Shown: in pieces, positions 41,386-54,259 of the stretch
How the letters are laid out: each line of letters starts with the position of its first letter
How positions within the stretch are numbered: the first letter of the stretch is position 1
Notes under the pieces: generated by a model
What the model was told of the DNA's origin: nothing
The model's input: only the letters and a program-made list of their open reading frames with translations
Database searches by the model: none
Program-made: the position numbers and the translations under genes
Source: Lama guanicoe
Lineage: Eukaryota
Length of the DNA stretch: 64,000 nucleotides
Assembly (NCBI GenBank): GCA_013239625.1
Contig: MU053881.1
Coordinates: 11,398,873 to 11,462,872, forward strand
Direction: 5' to 3'

Positions 41386-41702
41386 GGCATACCTTGTTTT
41401 ATTGTCCTTCACTTTACTGTGCTTCACAGATACTGTGCTTTTTACAAATTGAACGTTTGTGGCAACTCTGCACCAGCAGATAATGGTTAGCATTTTTTTA
41501 GCAGTAAATTATTTTTTAATTAAAGTAGGTACATTTATTAGACACAGTGCTACTGCACACTTCATAGACTATGGTACAGTGTAAACATAATTTTTATATT
41601 CACTGGTAAAATAAAAAATCCATGTGACTTGCTTTATTCCAATGTTCACTTTATTGCAGTAGTCCAAAATCAAATCCACAATATCTCCGTGCTATGCTTG
41701 TA
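41386..41702 (+). mobile_element. Internally deleted Tigger1 (Tigger1a-type MITE)
   Basis: ggcataccttgttttattg...tttttacaaattgaa...tgtggcaac fused to the Tigger1 3' end aatatctccgtgctatgcttg|ta. Confidence 0.88.
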
Positions 41703-41792
41703 ATAGTGATCACTATGCAAACATATAAGTTTTATCAGCATGAACAAAGAGGTCCATATAATTATGGAGTGAAGAACAGATAGTCCTTTAAG

Positions 41793-42429
41793 AATCCCAC
41801 TCCTGGGCATATATCCAGAGGCAACTCTAATTCAAAAAGATACGTGCACTCCAGTGTTCATAGCAACACTAGATAGAACAGCCAAGACATGAAACAACCT
41901 AAATGTCCATCGACAGATGACTGGATAAAGAAATTGTGGTATATGTATATAATGGAATACTACTTAGCCATAAAAAAGAATAAAATAATGCCATTTGCAG
42001 CAACATGGATGGACCTGGAGATCGTCATTCTAAGTGAAGTAAGCCAGAAAGAGAAATACCATATGATATCACTCATACGTGGAATCAAAAAAAAAAAGAA
42101 CAAAAGAGGACACTAATAATGAATTAATCTACAAAACAGAAACAGACTCGCAGACATTGTAAACAGTCTTCTGGTTACGTGGGGAAAGGGGCTGGGAAGG
42201 GCTAAATTTGGGAGTTTGAGGTTTGCAAATGTTAGCCACTATATATAAAGATAGATTTTTAAAAAATTCTTCTGTATAGCACAAGGAACTACATTCAGTA
42301 TCTTGTAATAACCTTTAATAAAAAATATGAATATATGTATGCATATGCATGACTGGGACATTGTGCTGTACACCAGCAACTGACACATTATAAGTGACTA
42401 TACTTCAATTAAGGGAAAAAAAAAAAAAG
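41793..42429 (+). mobile_element. Young camelid-type L1: ORF2 C-terminus, 3' UTR and poly(A)
   Basis: ORF 41889-42116 (KQPKCPSTDDWIKKLWYMYIMEYY.AIKKNKIMPFAATWMDLE) is canonical L1 ORF2 C-terminus; A-tail at 42416-42428. Confidence 0.95.
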
Positions 42430-43354
42430 ATCTCCATCACAAGAGCCTATCTTTCAAATAGCCAGCTACTCATTAGAAGACTCCATTTGGCCTGGAAGAA
42501 CCCTACCATTGGGAAATTCTAAACAATGGGTACCATAGAGAGTATTATAGTGCTCTATAAAGACAAGAACCATTTAGAAATTTTATGTGTTCAAAGACTT
42601 TAAAAATAGAATTCTCTTTTCTACTTGGACTAAGTTGGTAATTGTAAACCACTATCTCTACTACACATTTAATATTTTACTTCTAAGTATTTCAGCCTTT
42701 AAACTATGCTTCACAAGCACAAGAAGTGATTGTGTAAAACAAGAAAGCAAATAAACAGAAACAACAGATGATAATCTTTTTCTCATTAGAACTGTTTCAA
42801 CCTAGATAGAATGCTTCTAACAATTTGTATGACTGGTTGAATTTATATGGACCAAGGTTGCTTACAAGGTATTTGGATTTAGATTAAAAATACCAGTGTA
42901 ATTTCTGGTTAGACTGATTTCTTTTATGAAAGTGAAAACTTACTTCTGCCCAAAGGTGGACCCTAAAAAAGGTAGTTAAGTTTCAGTTCAGGTTCTACAT
43001 GGTTCTGAAGAATGAAAAATTATCTCCACAACTTAGTCAATGTGGTTAATTATTCTAGATGGATGACACAGCAAGTCTTCCAACAAGTCAGAATGTCCCC
43101 TTTTCTAACATAATGCAAAAATTACTAGATTTCAAAGATTATTTTGTGTTAGCATGTCATACCCAAATATTAATAGATATTAATTATAATATAAATTCAG
43201 TATTATATTATCTTAAATAAATTCTATTTGGATTTTGTCATTTAAATTTGAAAATACATAATTTTTCATGAGTATTTAATTCACTTAAACAATTAGTTTC
43301 TAAATTCTTTGCAATGTGTTTAAGTGGATGTTAACAATTTTACTGAGTATTATG

Positions 43355-43672
43355 GACCAACACAAATACAATGTGAACCAAAAACAAAAACTGAAAATAG
43401 AATTTAAAATTTTCTAGTAGCTACATTTTAAAGTAAAAAGTAACAAAAAAAAGTAAAAAGTAACAGGTAAAATTAATTTTTAAACCTATGTAATTTAACC
43501 CACCATATCCAAAATACTACATTTCAATCTGTAATCAATAAAAAAAATTAACTTTAGCTTTTGAAGTAGATTATTTATTTTATACAAGCAGCATATCTCA
43601 TTGTGAGCTAGCCTTGTTGGAAGCGTTCAATAGACAAGTGTGACTAGGGTGGACCATGTCGGAGAGCGCAGC
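43355..43672. mobile_element. MER33 MITE, opposite orientation to the 25853 copy
   Basis: aatttaaaattttctagtagctacattt; aacaggtaaaattaatttt; atatccaaaatactacatttcaa; tatgga on both flanks. Confidence 0.8.
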
Positions 43673-43994
43673 TATGGAATACTACCTACTATGGAGCAAA
43701 CCTCAGATTTAATGCATCCTCACTTCATTTTCCCCCTTAATGGCAAGATTCTAATTCTTTCAAAAACCTCAAATAATAAGTACACATATTTGATATGGGC
43801 TCTTCTATGGTAAATAAAATAAATAATTTGTTATTTGAAATAAGCCTTTCTTTCTTCTCATTAGCTTTAATTCTAAATGCCTATCTGTTACTTTAATTAG
43901 ATATGCAGATTTAGGCAAAGCTTACCAAAACTAGAGAAAGACACACTAAATGTAATAAAGTAATGATTCTTTTGGCTAAATTGTCAGCTATGCA

Positions 43995-44260
43995 GAGGAA
44001 TCTTTTCTGACCAACTTCTCTCACTGATCTCACCTTCCAACCCACCAGTCATTTCATTCATCATGTAGTCCTGCTTACATTTTTTCATCGTTCATACAAC
44101 TATTTTAAAATATGCTATTTATTTAAACCAGTCTACCAGTTCATTGTTTCTCTCTGTTACTATAATAATGGTTCTGTGAGAGCAGGCACATTTCTTCCCT
44201 CATGCACCAATGCTGCTCATCATAGGTGCTCAATAAATATTTGTTCATCGAGTTAATAAA
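43995..44260 (+). mobile_element. L2 3' end
   Basis: ttctgtgagagcaggca...cataggtgctcaataaatatttgtt. Confidence 0.85.
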
Positions 44261-47200
44261 TATCCTCATTGCATTTTAAAAGCATAGGCACCGTATAATG
44301 TAATTTACAGTGAGCAAATCAGCTGAAATATTGTTTATAAAGCTTCACCTGAGAGTCACTGGCTTCTTAGGCTCTCTGTCAAGGAAACAATGCAATTTTT
44401 TTGGTGGTTCATACAGTAGAATGTCCAATCCTTTAAAAGCAAGAAACCCAGAGATGGAAAACTTCACATCTGTGATCCTAGGATAAGATAAAATCCTGTC
44501 CTTTCCCCCATCTATAGTCTGGCTAATACAATGCTATTAATCCAACACACAAACATGTTTCTTTCTTGCTATTGAAAAAGCCTCTCAAATTTAATTAAAG
44601 TCAATAAAGAAATTAAAAGCTTAATGAGAGCAAGAATCCTCTGAGTGTGTTCATGCTGTTATCAGCCTGTGATGTTGTAAAAGACAGGATTATGATTTTA
44701 TTGCCAGACGACCAAAAGAAGAGAAAGGATAACAAAGAGATGTGTGAAAAACCTCCTGGTGAGAGAAATCTCGGAGTGAAAACCTGTTGCGCTTAATCAA
44801 GTCAATGGATAAATTAAATACAAAAGAGGCGATTTCTGAGCATAACTGCCTATTGTTTAAAGCAAAGATGGGGAAATACTTTAAGACTGACCTAAACAAG
44901 ACTGAATACAATATGAAACTTTGTAGGAAACCGTGGGATAGTGACCGCCATCCCTTCCCAAGTAATCTCTAAGTGATTAGAATTGGCCTGGATCAGAATG
45001 TAAGTATTTTTATTATTTCTCTTTAAGAATGACTATTATATGAACTAGAAATTCACTACAAACTCCTAACTTTTTGCACTCAGATTAAGACCATCCCTCA
45101 GCAGTTTTCAAAATTTCATCAACAGTGGTCAGGAGAGAGATGTGTGAACTTTCCCTGCCTCCCCACTGCCTTCAGAAGTCAGATAGAGGGTCCCCCAGAT
45201 ATCAACCAGTTATCACCATTTCTACCTGCTATGAAGTATCCTTTGTTCTTGTTTATTTCAGGTCACCCTAAGAAGTCTCTAACTTCACCTCTCATTTCCT
45301 ACATTTCACCCCCTTAGGCTCTGGGCATCTTCTGTTTAGTCCCCTCTCCCAGCTGTCCCTGGTTCCTACATTTGCTCACTGTGCTCTGGAATTCATGGTG
45401 CATCATCTTCAAAATCCCCAGTCCCTCAAACTCAACTATGAATGTCCCCTTCATCTTGCTCAAAGGACCTCTGAATCTTTCTCAGGATAGCGCTTTCCCA
45501 GTGCATCACTGTGTTTTCTCCCACTTTCCTCACACTCCTGGGCCTAGTGTTGGGCTAAGGGTTCTGTTTATGCTTCATCTCCAGCGCCAGATTATTTCCT
45601 CTTCCTTCTCTCTAAAATGCTCTACTTTGAATCATGTCATCAGATACCACCTCATACTACTCCTCCTTATTGTCAGCTCCTATTTCTCTTGGCCTCCTCG
45701 TTTATTAAAGATTTTACTTTCTTTTTCAGATACTTTCTCAAAGACCTGTCCAGTCGTAAACCTTAGTGATAACAATTTATAGGAGATGATTCTTCTACTA
45801 CTCTAACTTCATAGTACTTTGAAATCTTCTCCTCCAATGACCCTGCCCTCCAGCCCATCTCAGCCAAGTTCTCATGGATATACATATAGCAGTAACTTTC
45901 CTTATTCACAAGTTCAGACATTTATTTTCTGATCACTTACAACTCTCTTTATAGTCTCCAGAGGGTACTTTAATTCCAGCAAGAATAACTGAACTCCAAC
46001 AATTCTTTCTCCCCACACAGAGAGAGAGGAGCAGGCAGGCAAGACTTGACAAGACTGGTCTCATGTTAAATGTTTGAATGTGAACCTTAAGTAATGCATT
46101 AATACTGCCTGCTGCTTGTGTTAAGTTCCCTGCCCTTACAGACAACTGTGCTGTGCCTTTTCTCTCTTTAAACCTCCAATACATTCTCCCTCAATTACAT
46201 TCTCAGTTAACTATCCTGTTTCTCACTTCACTGAGAAAATCAAAGCAACTAGAAAGGTGCTCCGTAAAATTCTCACCCTCCTACCAATTTCTCTACCCAT
46301 TTAGTCTGTCTTTCATCCTAATGATCCTAATAATATAGAAGAGATGTTAGCTCTCTCACCTAAGGCCTCTCACATGTGAACCAGACCCCCATGGCTTCTC
46401 ACTTGCTCAGGGATATCACTCTCAGCATCAGCTTTACTCTCTCCACCAGAATGTTCCCATATCCACCTTCCTCAAGCTACCACTTCTTTTCTTTGCTCTC
46501 CTTTACAAAAGAAAAAAAAAAAACTTTGAGACAAATTCTATGCTCATTGTTTTCAGCTTTTCTTCTACTTTCACTAGGTTTTCATTCCTACCAATGACAG
46601 TTCTCCAGCCTCATATTACAAGAGAAGCAGGTGACATGGTTAACTATTCTCTCCACCTTGAAGCACTATCTTCACTCAATGTTCAGGTTATTTTTCTACC
46701 CTGGTGACCAACACTGAAGTATCCCAGTCTTTGGTTCTTGGATTTCCTCATTTCTCTTTCTGATCCACTCTCTTGGTGACTGTAGCCTGCCTCATGACTT
46801 TAAATCCTAAGATAAATACCCAACTGCTTACTGAGTATCTCCACTTTAAAGTTTAATTGGCATCGCAAAATTAACTTGTTCAAAGCAGAATCTTCGATTT
46901 CCTACTAAATACGTTTCACCTTGTGCCTTCCTAATTTCAGTGGAGTCTACTCTATCCTTTTGGTTATTCATACCAGAAAATGCAGTCATTCATTACCATA
47001 TCTCACATTGCTCATCTGACTCACAAACTTACCTTGTCGAGTATACCTTCAAATTACATCTGGATTCTGACCATTTTTAACCTTTCCCACTGCCACTGTC
47101 CTGCTCCAAAATGGATTATTTCAACTGCCCCTAAATGTCCCCCTACTTCAACCTTTGTCATCAGTCTTCAGTGTATTCTCAACACAACAGCCAAAACGAT

Positions 47201-47304
47201 CCTATTAAAATTCAACCAATAGCCTTTAACACCTATACTTAAAACTCTCCACTGTTCCCCCACTTCATTCAAACTAACTCTTTTCAAAATCCACATGAGG
47301 TACA

Positions 47305-47450
47305 TTCAAACATTAGTACCATTTTACAGGCTAAAAAATAGGCTCCAACAATGAGAATAACACGCTCAAAGTTACAGGCTAGTTAAGCGGTTGTAATTGA
47401 CTCTTAGGAGTTTCGGTTTCAGAATCCCTATTTTCAGCCATTATGATTAA
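47305..47450 (-). mobile_element. MIR inserted in L2
   Basis: ccattttacaggctaaaaaataggctc...gctcaaagttacaggctagttaagcgg. Confidence 0.75.
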
Positions 47451-47587
47451 CTGAAGAAGATAAGTTTTAAAAACCAACAAGATCCTAAAGCCTCCACTTG
47501 TCTGGCTCTGTAGCAGACTTTCTCTGCTACTATTCTTCCCTTTGCTCATTCCTCCTGCCACCCTAATCCCACTGCTATTCCTTGAAC

Positions 47588-47888
47588 TGTTCAGTCAAAC
47601 TGAAACACTTACACTTCCCTCTTAAACTTTCCTTGCTTCTTAGTTCACATGTCCATTTGGCACTTCAAGTTTTCTGTTCTTCCCGCCGCTGATTTCTGTG
47701 TCGTTCTCTATTATGTGCCGTGTCTTCTCTGCCATGAAAACTGTTCTCATTGTCCATTTAGTAAGTGATACCAAGATGGTGGGGTAACATTTGCTGTTGC
47801 TGCCTGTCAGGACTCTGGCTCCAGAAAGCCAGTACACCAGACAATTAATTTCTGAGACCGAGGGCTAAATCTACAGACCTTTCAAACA
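47588..47888. mobile_element. Unclassified ~300-bp insertion in L2 (TGTT...AACA termini, LTR-like)
   Basis: L2 text breaks after ctattccttgaac and resumes at ~47895. Confidence 0.45.
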
Positions 47889-49050
47889 AGGTCTCCGAGC
47901 TCTTTCCCATTCTTAAGGTCTTTGCATTTGCCATTCTCTCTACCTGGAATGTTCCAGCTAGCACTTCTAGCCCCAGGTCAGCATCCATGTCTCTGCTCAT
48001 ATGTTAACTGTTCATTGAAGTTTCTCTGACCACTCTAGCCAACAGAGCCATCATCACTCTCTAGCCACTCTACCATGTCACCCTGTTTTATTTTCCTCAC
48101 AGTAAAATATTTGAAAATTTCTCATTCACTTATGTCCACACACATTGATTACCTCCTCTGACTAGAAGGTAAGCTCCATTAGCAAGAATCTTGTTCACTT
48201 TGATTTCACACCACCTACATCAAGAGCCTTCACTAAGAAAGCGATCAATAAATATTTTTCTAATGCATGGATAAATCAGTATTTTTGTCTCTCTTGACTT
48301 TAATGGGTAAAAAAACAGCAATCAGTAGGGCAGTTTATGCATTTTGTCTGAACTTCAAAATTGGTAGAGAAACATTTACTCATTCTCTATTATAGTTAGT
48401 ATATGTATACTAAGGTTTATTCCCAAATTTTCATAGTAGGATATAAATAAGACAGGTATAATTTTAGTAATTCTTCTAAGACAAGTACTCAACAGTCTTA
48501 TTTTTAGTCTCTTAGTCTTAGCCTTTAGTAGTATAAATTTTCTAAGAGCAGTAGTTTGCTGTTTGTAGTCATATACACACACACATAAATGCATATATGT
48601 ATATACATGCATACACACAAACCACACTTTTAATTACTTTTGGATCACTTAGAACAGTCCCCTTCCCATACGGTTATTTGGCAAAATGTTGTCTGTTTTC
48701 TTACAGTTCAAGGTTAGATGAGAAGAAGCAAGCTGTCAAGCCAGCAAACAGACCACACAAGAGAAATATGGGTATTAATAAACGCCATAATTCATACCCT
48801 GACACCTTGGCATGTCATGCCCCAGAACATCAGAAGGGCATTCTTTGTTCTTAAGGAAGATACTAAAGCTCTAATCCTCTACAAGTTGATCTGTGGATGG
48901 AAACCTGGCACTCACTGGAATACATGTGGGTGACAAAACAAACCAAAAGTCAACGCTCAGCACATAACATTCAAAGGAATAGAATGTGACGTGTAAACCT
49001 CTATTTCTTAAACATGACAATATTATTAATTTCAAAGTTGCACCAGCCTT

Positions 49051-49071
49051 AATAATAATAATAATAATAAT
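49051..49071. repeat. (AAT)7
   Basis: Counted directly from the sequence. Confidence 0.9.
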
Positions 49072-49241
49072 AGTAAGGATGTTAACATGGATCAATAAAA
49101 AACAATGACTTAATTTCCTTTTTACTTACTCTAATTCTCTTTTTTCACCCTGATTTAGCTAATTCTTGTGCTATAAGGCTCTACGTGAATGATCTTTAAA
49201 ATCATTTTTAAAATATTTTTAGACATAAAATAGAATATGAC

Positions 49242-49825
49242 TTATCCCAGAGAAAGGAAAAACTTATATTCACACAGAAACCCACATGTAATGTTCATAA
49301 CAGCTTTATTCACAACAACCAAAGACTGAAAATAATCTAGATATCCTTTAATGAAGAAATGGTTAAGCAGACTGTGGTACAACCATACTATGCAATAACA
49401 TTCAGCTGTAAAGAGGAATCAACTATCAATACATGCAATTTGTTGCATCTCCAGGGAATTAAACAGAGTTAAAAAAAAAATCAGCACTGTCAGGGTTACC
49501 TATTGCATGATTCCACTTACACAGCACTCTTATCATGACAATATTTTAGAAGAAAGAAGGGAAGAGATTAGTGATTACTAGGAGCTAGGGGACATAAGGA
49601 AGGTGGGTCTGGCTATAAAAGGCAGGCAACAGGAAGGACTCTTGTGGTAATGGAAATGTTCTGTGTATTAAACATATTACTGTCAATAACCTGGTTGTGA
49701 TTTTGTAATATTATTTTGCAAGATGTTGCTTTGGGGAAAACCGGGTGAGGGACACACGGGTTTCTCTGTGTTAGTTCTTACAACTGCATGCAAATCTGTA
49801 ATTATCCCAAAATAAAAATAATCTA
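49242..49825 (+). mobile_element. L1MD-like 3' UTR
   Basis: cttgtggtaatggaaatgttctg; ttttgcaagatgtt; ttcttacaactgcatg...aattatcccaaaataaaaa. Confidence 0.88.
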
Positions 49826-50269
49826 AAATGTGATAAATACTGAGATCAATATTATCTCTCATTAAAGCATGAAAACCTGAAAATAAACTCTTTTAGAGTA
49901 TTTGTATTTTTCTTCAACTTCATCCTGTCAGACCAATGTTTTAGACCATATATTAACAAGACAAATACTGATTCAAAACTAAAGGTAAGCATTTAAGTAC
50001 TTAAGACTATGCTGTATTTCATTTCCAAAATTTTACTCCTTTTGCTAGAGGTGCGTCAAATACACGTGACTGGTAACGGCACATCAGTTATATCGCCTTA
50101 CATTCAGATGGCCCAGGTCAGTGGATCTTTCGAGTTGGAAATTTTGTGTTTAAATATTGTTTCTGATCTTTCTGTAAGTTTTCTGTTTTTTCTTCCTAGC
50201 ATTTTAACATTTTTAATTTCAGGATAGCTGTTCCAAGAAAGAAAGTGTTTAGCATTTGAAATTTTCAAA

Positions 50270-50650
50270 CAAGATTATGAGTTCCAGTACCTTCTTAGTA
50301 ATAACATAATCTAGAGAAAATAATTCTCCTGCTCTGTGATTGTCTCCTTGGCCATATAATGGGGCTGATACCTACCTCTTAGGTTTACCAAGAGGAAAAG
50401 CGGGAATGCTCACTTCTGACACATGACAAGTGATCATTTTATTGATCATTAACGCATCCCTTCAACAAATATTTTCTATAGGCCAGATGTTCATCAATAA
50501 GCAAGCATTCTGGCTCCCCTAAAAGGTATCTTCTACTGGAAAAAATGAGCAGCAAAGGTTTAAATAAATAAATACACCAGGTGGTGATAAGTACTGTAAA
50601 AAATAAAACAGGTTAATGGGGAAAACAGTGCCTGCAGAAGAGGAACAATC
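50270..50650. mobile_element. MIR (+) followed by L2 3' fragment (-)
   Basis: ataatggggctgatacctacctc; ttcaacaaatattt...ggtggtgataagtactgtaaa. Confidence 0.6.
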
Positions 50651-50763
50651 TACTTTCCTCAGCCCTTTAATACTGGATATTCAACTTACAAAGACAGATA
50701 ATGTAATGCAATAAACATGCTATGATCATTTTTATAAAATTTTCATTGACTAAATGTCCTTAC

Positions 50764-50802
50764 CTTAAGAAGTTCTTCAAAAGATTTCAAAAGATGATTT
50801 CC
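50764..50802 (-). other. Candidate 39-nt exon (GNHLLKSFEELLK)
   Basis: Acceptor tttttttccacaccag, donor AAG|gtaagg; only the phase-0 frame is open. Confidence 0.3.
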
Positions 50803-52659
50803 CTGGTGTGGAAAAAAAATTATTAAAATTAGAAATAACAAGTATTACATTGTATGATATTTAGGTTTCATTTTCAAATTCAGATTTTATTTTTTCACCT
50901 TAACCATACTTAATCAAATAAGAACACTGTCACTCTCTGAACAGTTAGAACACTTATAGATTTATTGTAACAATACTGGCCTATTACCAAGTAAAAAAAG
51001 TACAGCAACCATACAGGGTGAAAATCCTTAGACAGTTTCCACTTCTAATACTAATCATTTAACTTGCATTGGCCTCAGTGTCCTCTTAACATCATGGAAT
51101 TTGCTTCAGCTAAACTACAGCATATCTGAAATTCTAACTATGTTCAAAGCTAAGCCAAAGTAATTTTAACTAGTTTAAAGAAAAATTTTATACATGTTAA
51201 TTTTGAGATGCTAATTGCACACATACACACACAGTATCAAGTTGTATTTCATGTATCTCATGTTTAAATTGGAATTTGAAGTTATTGAGTAATTTGCAAC
51301 TATTTAATTTCAATCAAGAGAAGAACATATTTTCCTTATATTTTAATATTCTGAACACTGGAAGCCTGAGATGAAACAGAAGAAAGAAAACTAATTTGTC
51401 CCTGAGTGATTTAAATGCTTTTAAAAGAAACTTTCACTCAGAAAATATTTCTCCACCATTACTTTTTTCAATCCTTACCATGTTTTTTCCACTGCCATAC
51501 TTCAATTTAAATTTGGAGTACCAACTTAGAATTGAGCAAAAGCAATAGATTTCCAAAATCAGAGGCTGCTGTGAAGCACTTTCAATAAGGGAAGAAAAAC
51601 AAATGAATTACAGCCAGCATTAGGCTCTGGAATTGAAATTACAAGCACTCTGAGGAATAATTATAGTATGTGGTCCAAGGATCCTGCTGCTTAGGTCCAT
51701 TAACATTGCAGACCCTGCTGAATTATGAAAATATCCCTAAGATCTAACATTTTTACAAAAAGATGCCAAAACCAAATCCCCGAAATACTCCCTTGATAAA
51801 TTTAAAAAGGTTATATAAAGCTCAATATTTATATTGTAGTCTTAAGAAAACTTTGAGAGATACAGATATATTTCACATGTTAAAAATGGTGAAATGTCTG
51901 GCATTAAAATGAACAGGCAGAACAACTGAAAACTCCATTAAATAGATCTGATTTTAAATTCCATCACCAACAGAAAATGACTCTGGTACTCCCAAAGTAA
52001 TAAAGCCCGGAGTTCTATCTGTGCAGCTCAAGAATGCAGACCTGGGGCAGGTGAAAGTTACAGAAAGGTTGATTTCATCTTAATACAAGGAGGGGAAAAT
52101 GCTTCATGAGAAAGAGCGCTTCCAGTGACTAAACGCATTAAACAGAAGAAAGATAGCTTTGTGTCAGCCATTCCAGAAAAAGTTTTACTAGAGGGTCTCA
52201 ACACTTTTTTTAGCCCCACACTTAAGATTGTAAAATTCTATGCTTCTGTAACCTCTGTAGTGACCTTGTAAGAAAATCTGAGATGCAAAACACATCTGTT
52301 CATACTCTTTAAATGTAAGTCCCTATCAAGCATTTCTTTAAAAACTTGCTATTCTCTTCATGAATGTATCATAATCACTTACCAGTAGACCCTCACCTTT
52401 GGAATTTCCTAAGTTTCAAACATGCTTTCCCTACCCTGTTTCCTAGTAATTCTTGGGTATACTGTAGGTCCTAGCTCTCTATTACCTTCTCCAGGAATTC
52501 TTTCCTGTCCCTCCTCCACTATGGAGACTAGGTTAGGTGCCCTTCTGAGTATCCACGGAACATGCACCCACCCCCACAGCACTGTTCTTCATGCTGTGTT
52601 GTACCAATTTCGCTCATTAGACCGTAGGCTCCTGTAGGCAGTAGCTATGATTACAATTA

Positions 52660-52946
52660 AATGTATCTAAAAACTAGTCTTGTGAAAGCACCAGCTCCAG
52701 AATGCTGGTATGACTTTAAAAAGGTTTTTTGAGATAAATCTGGGGAAAGCTGGTGATGCAGAAGTTAAGCAAATTTATTTACTGAAGGACATCATGGAGC
52801 CATGAAAGTATTTTATATTCTGTGAATTTATTAAGAGGGTAAGTGGATGCAGAATTTCTCACCACTATTTTGCCTCAGATTCATTTTGTTTTCATGGAGC
52901 ATCTTATAAGTCTAGGGTTCCTTCTCATTTATTTTAGAGAACACTG
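52660..52946. mobile_element. hAT-Charlie MITE (MER112/MER113-like) interrupting an L2 3' end (~52420-53020)
   Basis: agttaagcaaatttatttactgaaggac; catggagcatctt; L2 resumes with agtatctggcacagagtaggc. Confidence 0.6.
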
Positions 52947-53038
52947 AATTATTTCATTCAACAGTTCCCTGGATAGTATCTGGCACAGAGTAGGCATATA
53001 AGAAAAACTAATTATATTAGTTATTAAAGTGTATAACT

Positions 53039-53245
53039 GAAAACAAGATTATACTATATAGCACAGGGAAATAAATCCAAGATCTTGTGGTAGCTCACAG
53101 TGAAAAAAAAATGTGATAATGAATGTATGTATGTTCATGTATAACTAAAAAATCGTGCTCTACACTGGAATTTGACACAACATTGTAAAAGGACTATAAC
53201 TCAGTAAAAAAAAAAGTTAAATAAAAAATAATAATAAATAATAAT
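53039..53245 (+). mobile_element. Young camelid L1 3' end with A-rich tail and TSD
   Basis: tatagcacagggaaa...caagatcttgtggtagctcacag...gacacaacattgtaaa; taaagtgta at 53025-53033 and 53245-53253. Confidence 0.88.
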
Positions 53246-53759
53246 AAAGTGTAAACTAATTGGCTTTCAGTTGTCTTGATAAATGTTACTCTACCTACCC
53301 CAAATTATTTGCTAGATTAAGGGAACTTTGTGATCATATTTTTTTTTATTCTGATTGCAGGAATCCTATTTCTGGTATACTTAATCATGTAACTTCTGTC
53401 AGAATAACTCAGGAGCTGGAGACATTATATCTACATGAGGCTGTGTGTTTCATTATACAGCACAAATTCTTTTCATTGAACTTGCTGAATGCTCCTAGCG
53501 TTAGTGCACTGATTGGAGTTCTTCCTTTTCAAACAACTAACAAAAGTCTGCACTTTCTTCTACACAACACTTCATACGGATTCCTCTTAGGTTTCTCCTG
53601 TTTGAGCTAAACATCTCCGTTCTCTTATGCCTACTGCAGCACGGTTTCCAGGATTTTCAAGTTGACAGCTATCTTATTATATAATTTTAGTTTATTGATT
53701 CTGATATATTCTTTCAAAGTGCACTTCAAGTCAAGGTAAGACAGAATTTTAATGTTTTG

Positions 53760-54130
53760 GAAAGATGCCATGGCTCACTCTTGTGTGCTTTATTTCACTC
53801 ACATTACTCCTGTTGCCCAGAATGCTTTTTCTTCTTCCCTTCACCTTTTCAAACATTATTTACCCTTTGAGATAAAGCACAATTCACTGCATGCCCAACT
53901 ATTTTAGCTGAAATTTCTTCCCTTCTGCTCTCAGACATATCATTTAAGATTCACAGTCTGCTGTCACAATTCAGCTTCCGGATTTTCTGTATTATTCGCT
54001 GAGGTTCCATGTGTACTTTTCCTCATCACTAAGAAGTTATAAGAATCGTGAGGGCACATACTTTACTTTCTATTTCTCTAGAGCATTTCGTAGGGTGCTC
54101 CCATACATGAAAACTATTGATTAACCAGTT
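53760..54130 (+). mobile_element. L2 3' fragment
   Basis: cctgttgcccagaatgctttt; gttataagaatcgtgagggca. Confidence 0.6.
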
Positions 54131-54259
54131 GCCTGAAAAATGTCAATACACATCTAAATGCAGATTTTTACAGCGATGGCCCTCATGAAGTCCCTTGCTC
54201 CTTGGCATTTAGAGGGCTCAGGTAAATGGCACCGGGCCAGACATGGTCAGTTGGTATGC

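Larger units (their letters stand above)
45300..48275 (+). mobile_element. ~3-kb L2 remnant from the endonuclease region to the 3' terminus, with nested insertions
   Basis: ORF 45372 begins LWNSWCIIFKIP (L2 endonuclease-like LWNS). ctcacttcactgagaaaat; ggtctttgcatttgccattctctctacctggaatg; tcaataaatattt end. Confidence 0.85.

Noticed and set aside
41889..42116. ORF with a conserved-looking protein sequence
   Set aside because: It is the L1 ORF2 C-terminus of a 5'-truncated copy.
40662..42965. Further minus-strand exon-like segments (~40663-40745 and 19 nt at ~42944-42962)
   Set aside because: Neither preserves frame. Chaining them into one gene model would be overfitting, and pseudo-exons are expected at this density.
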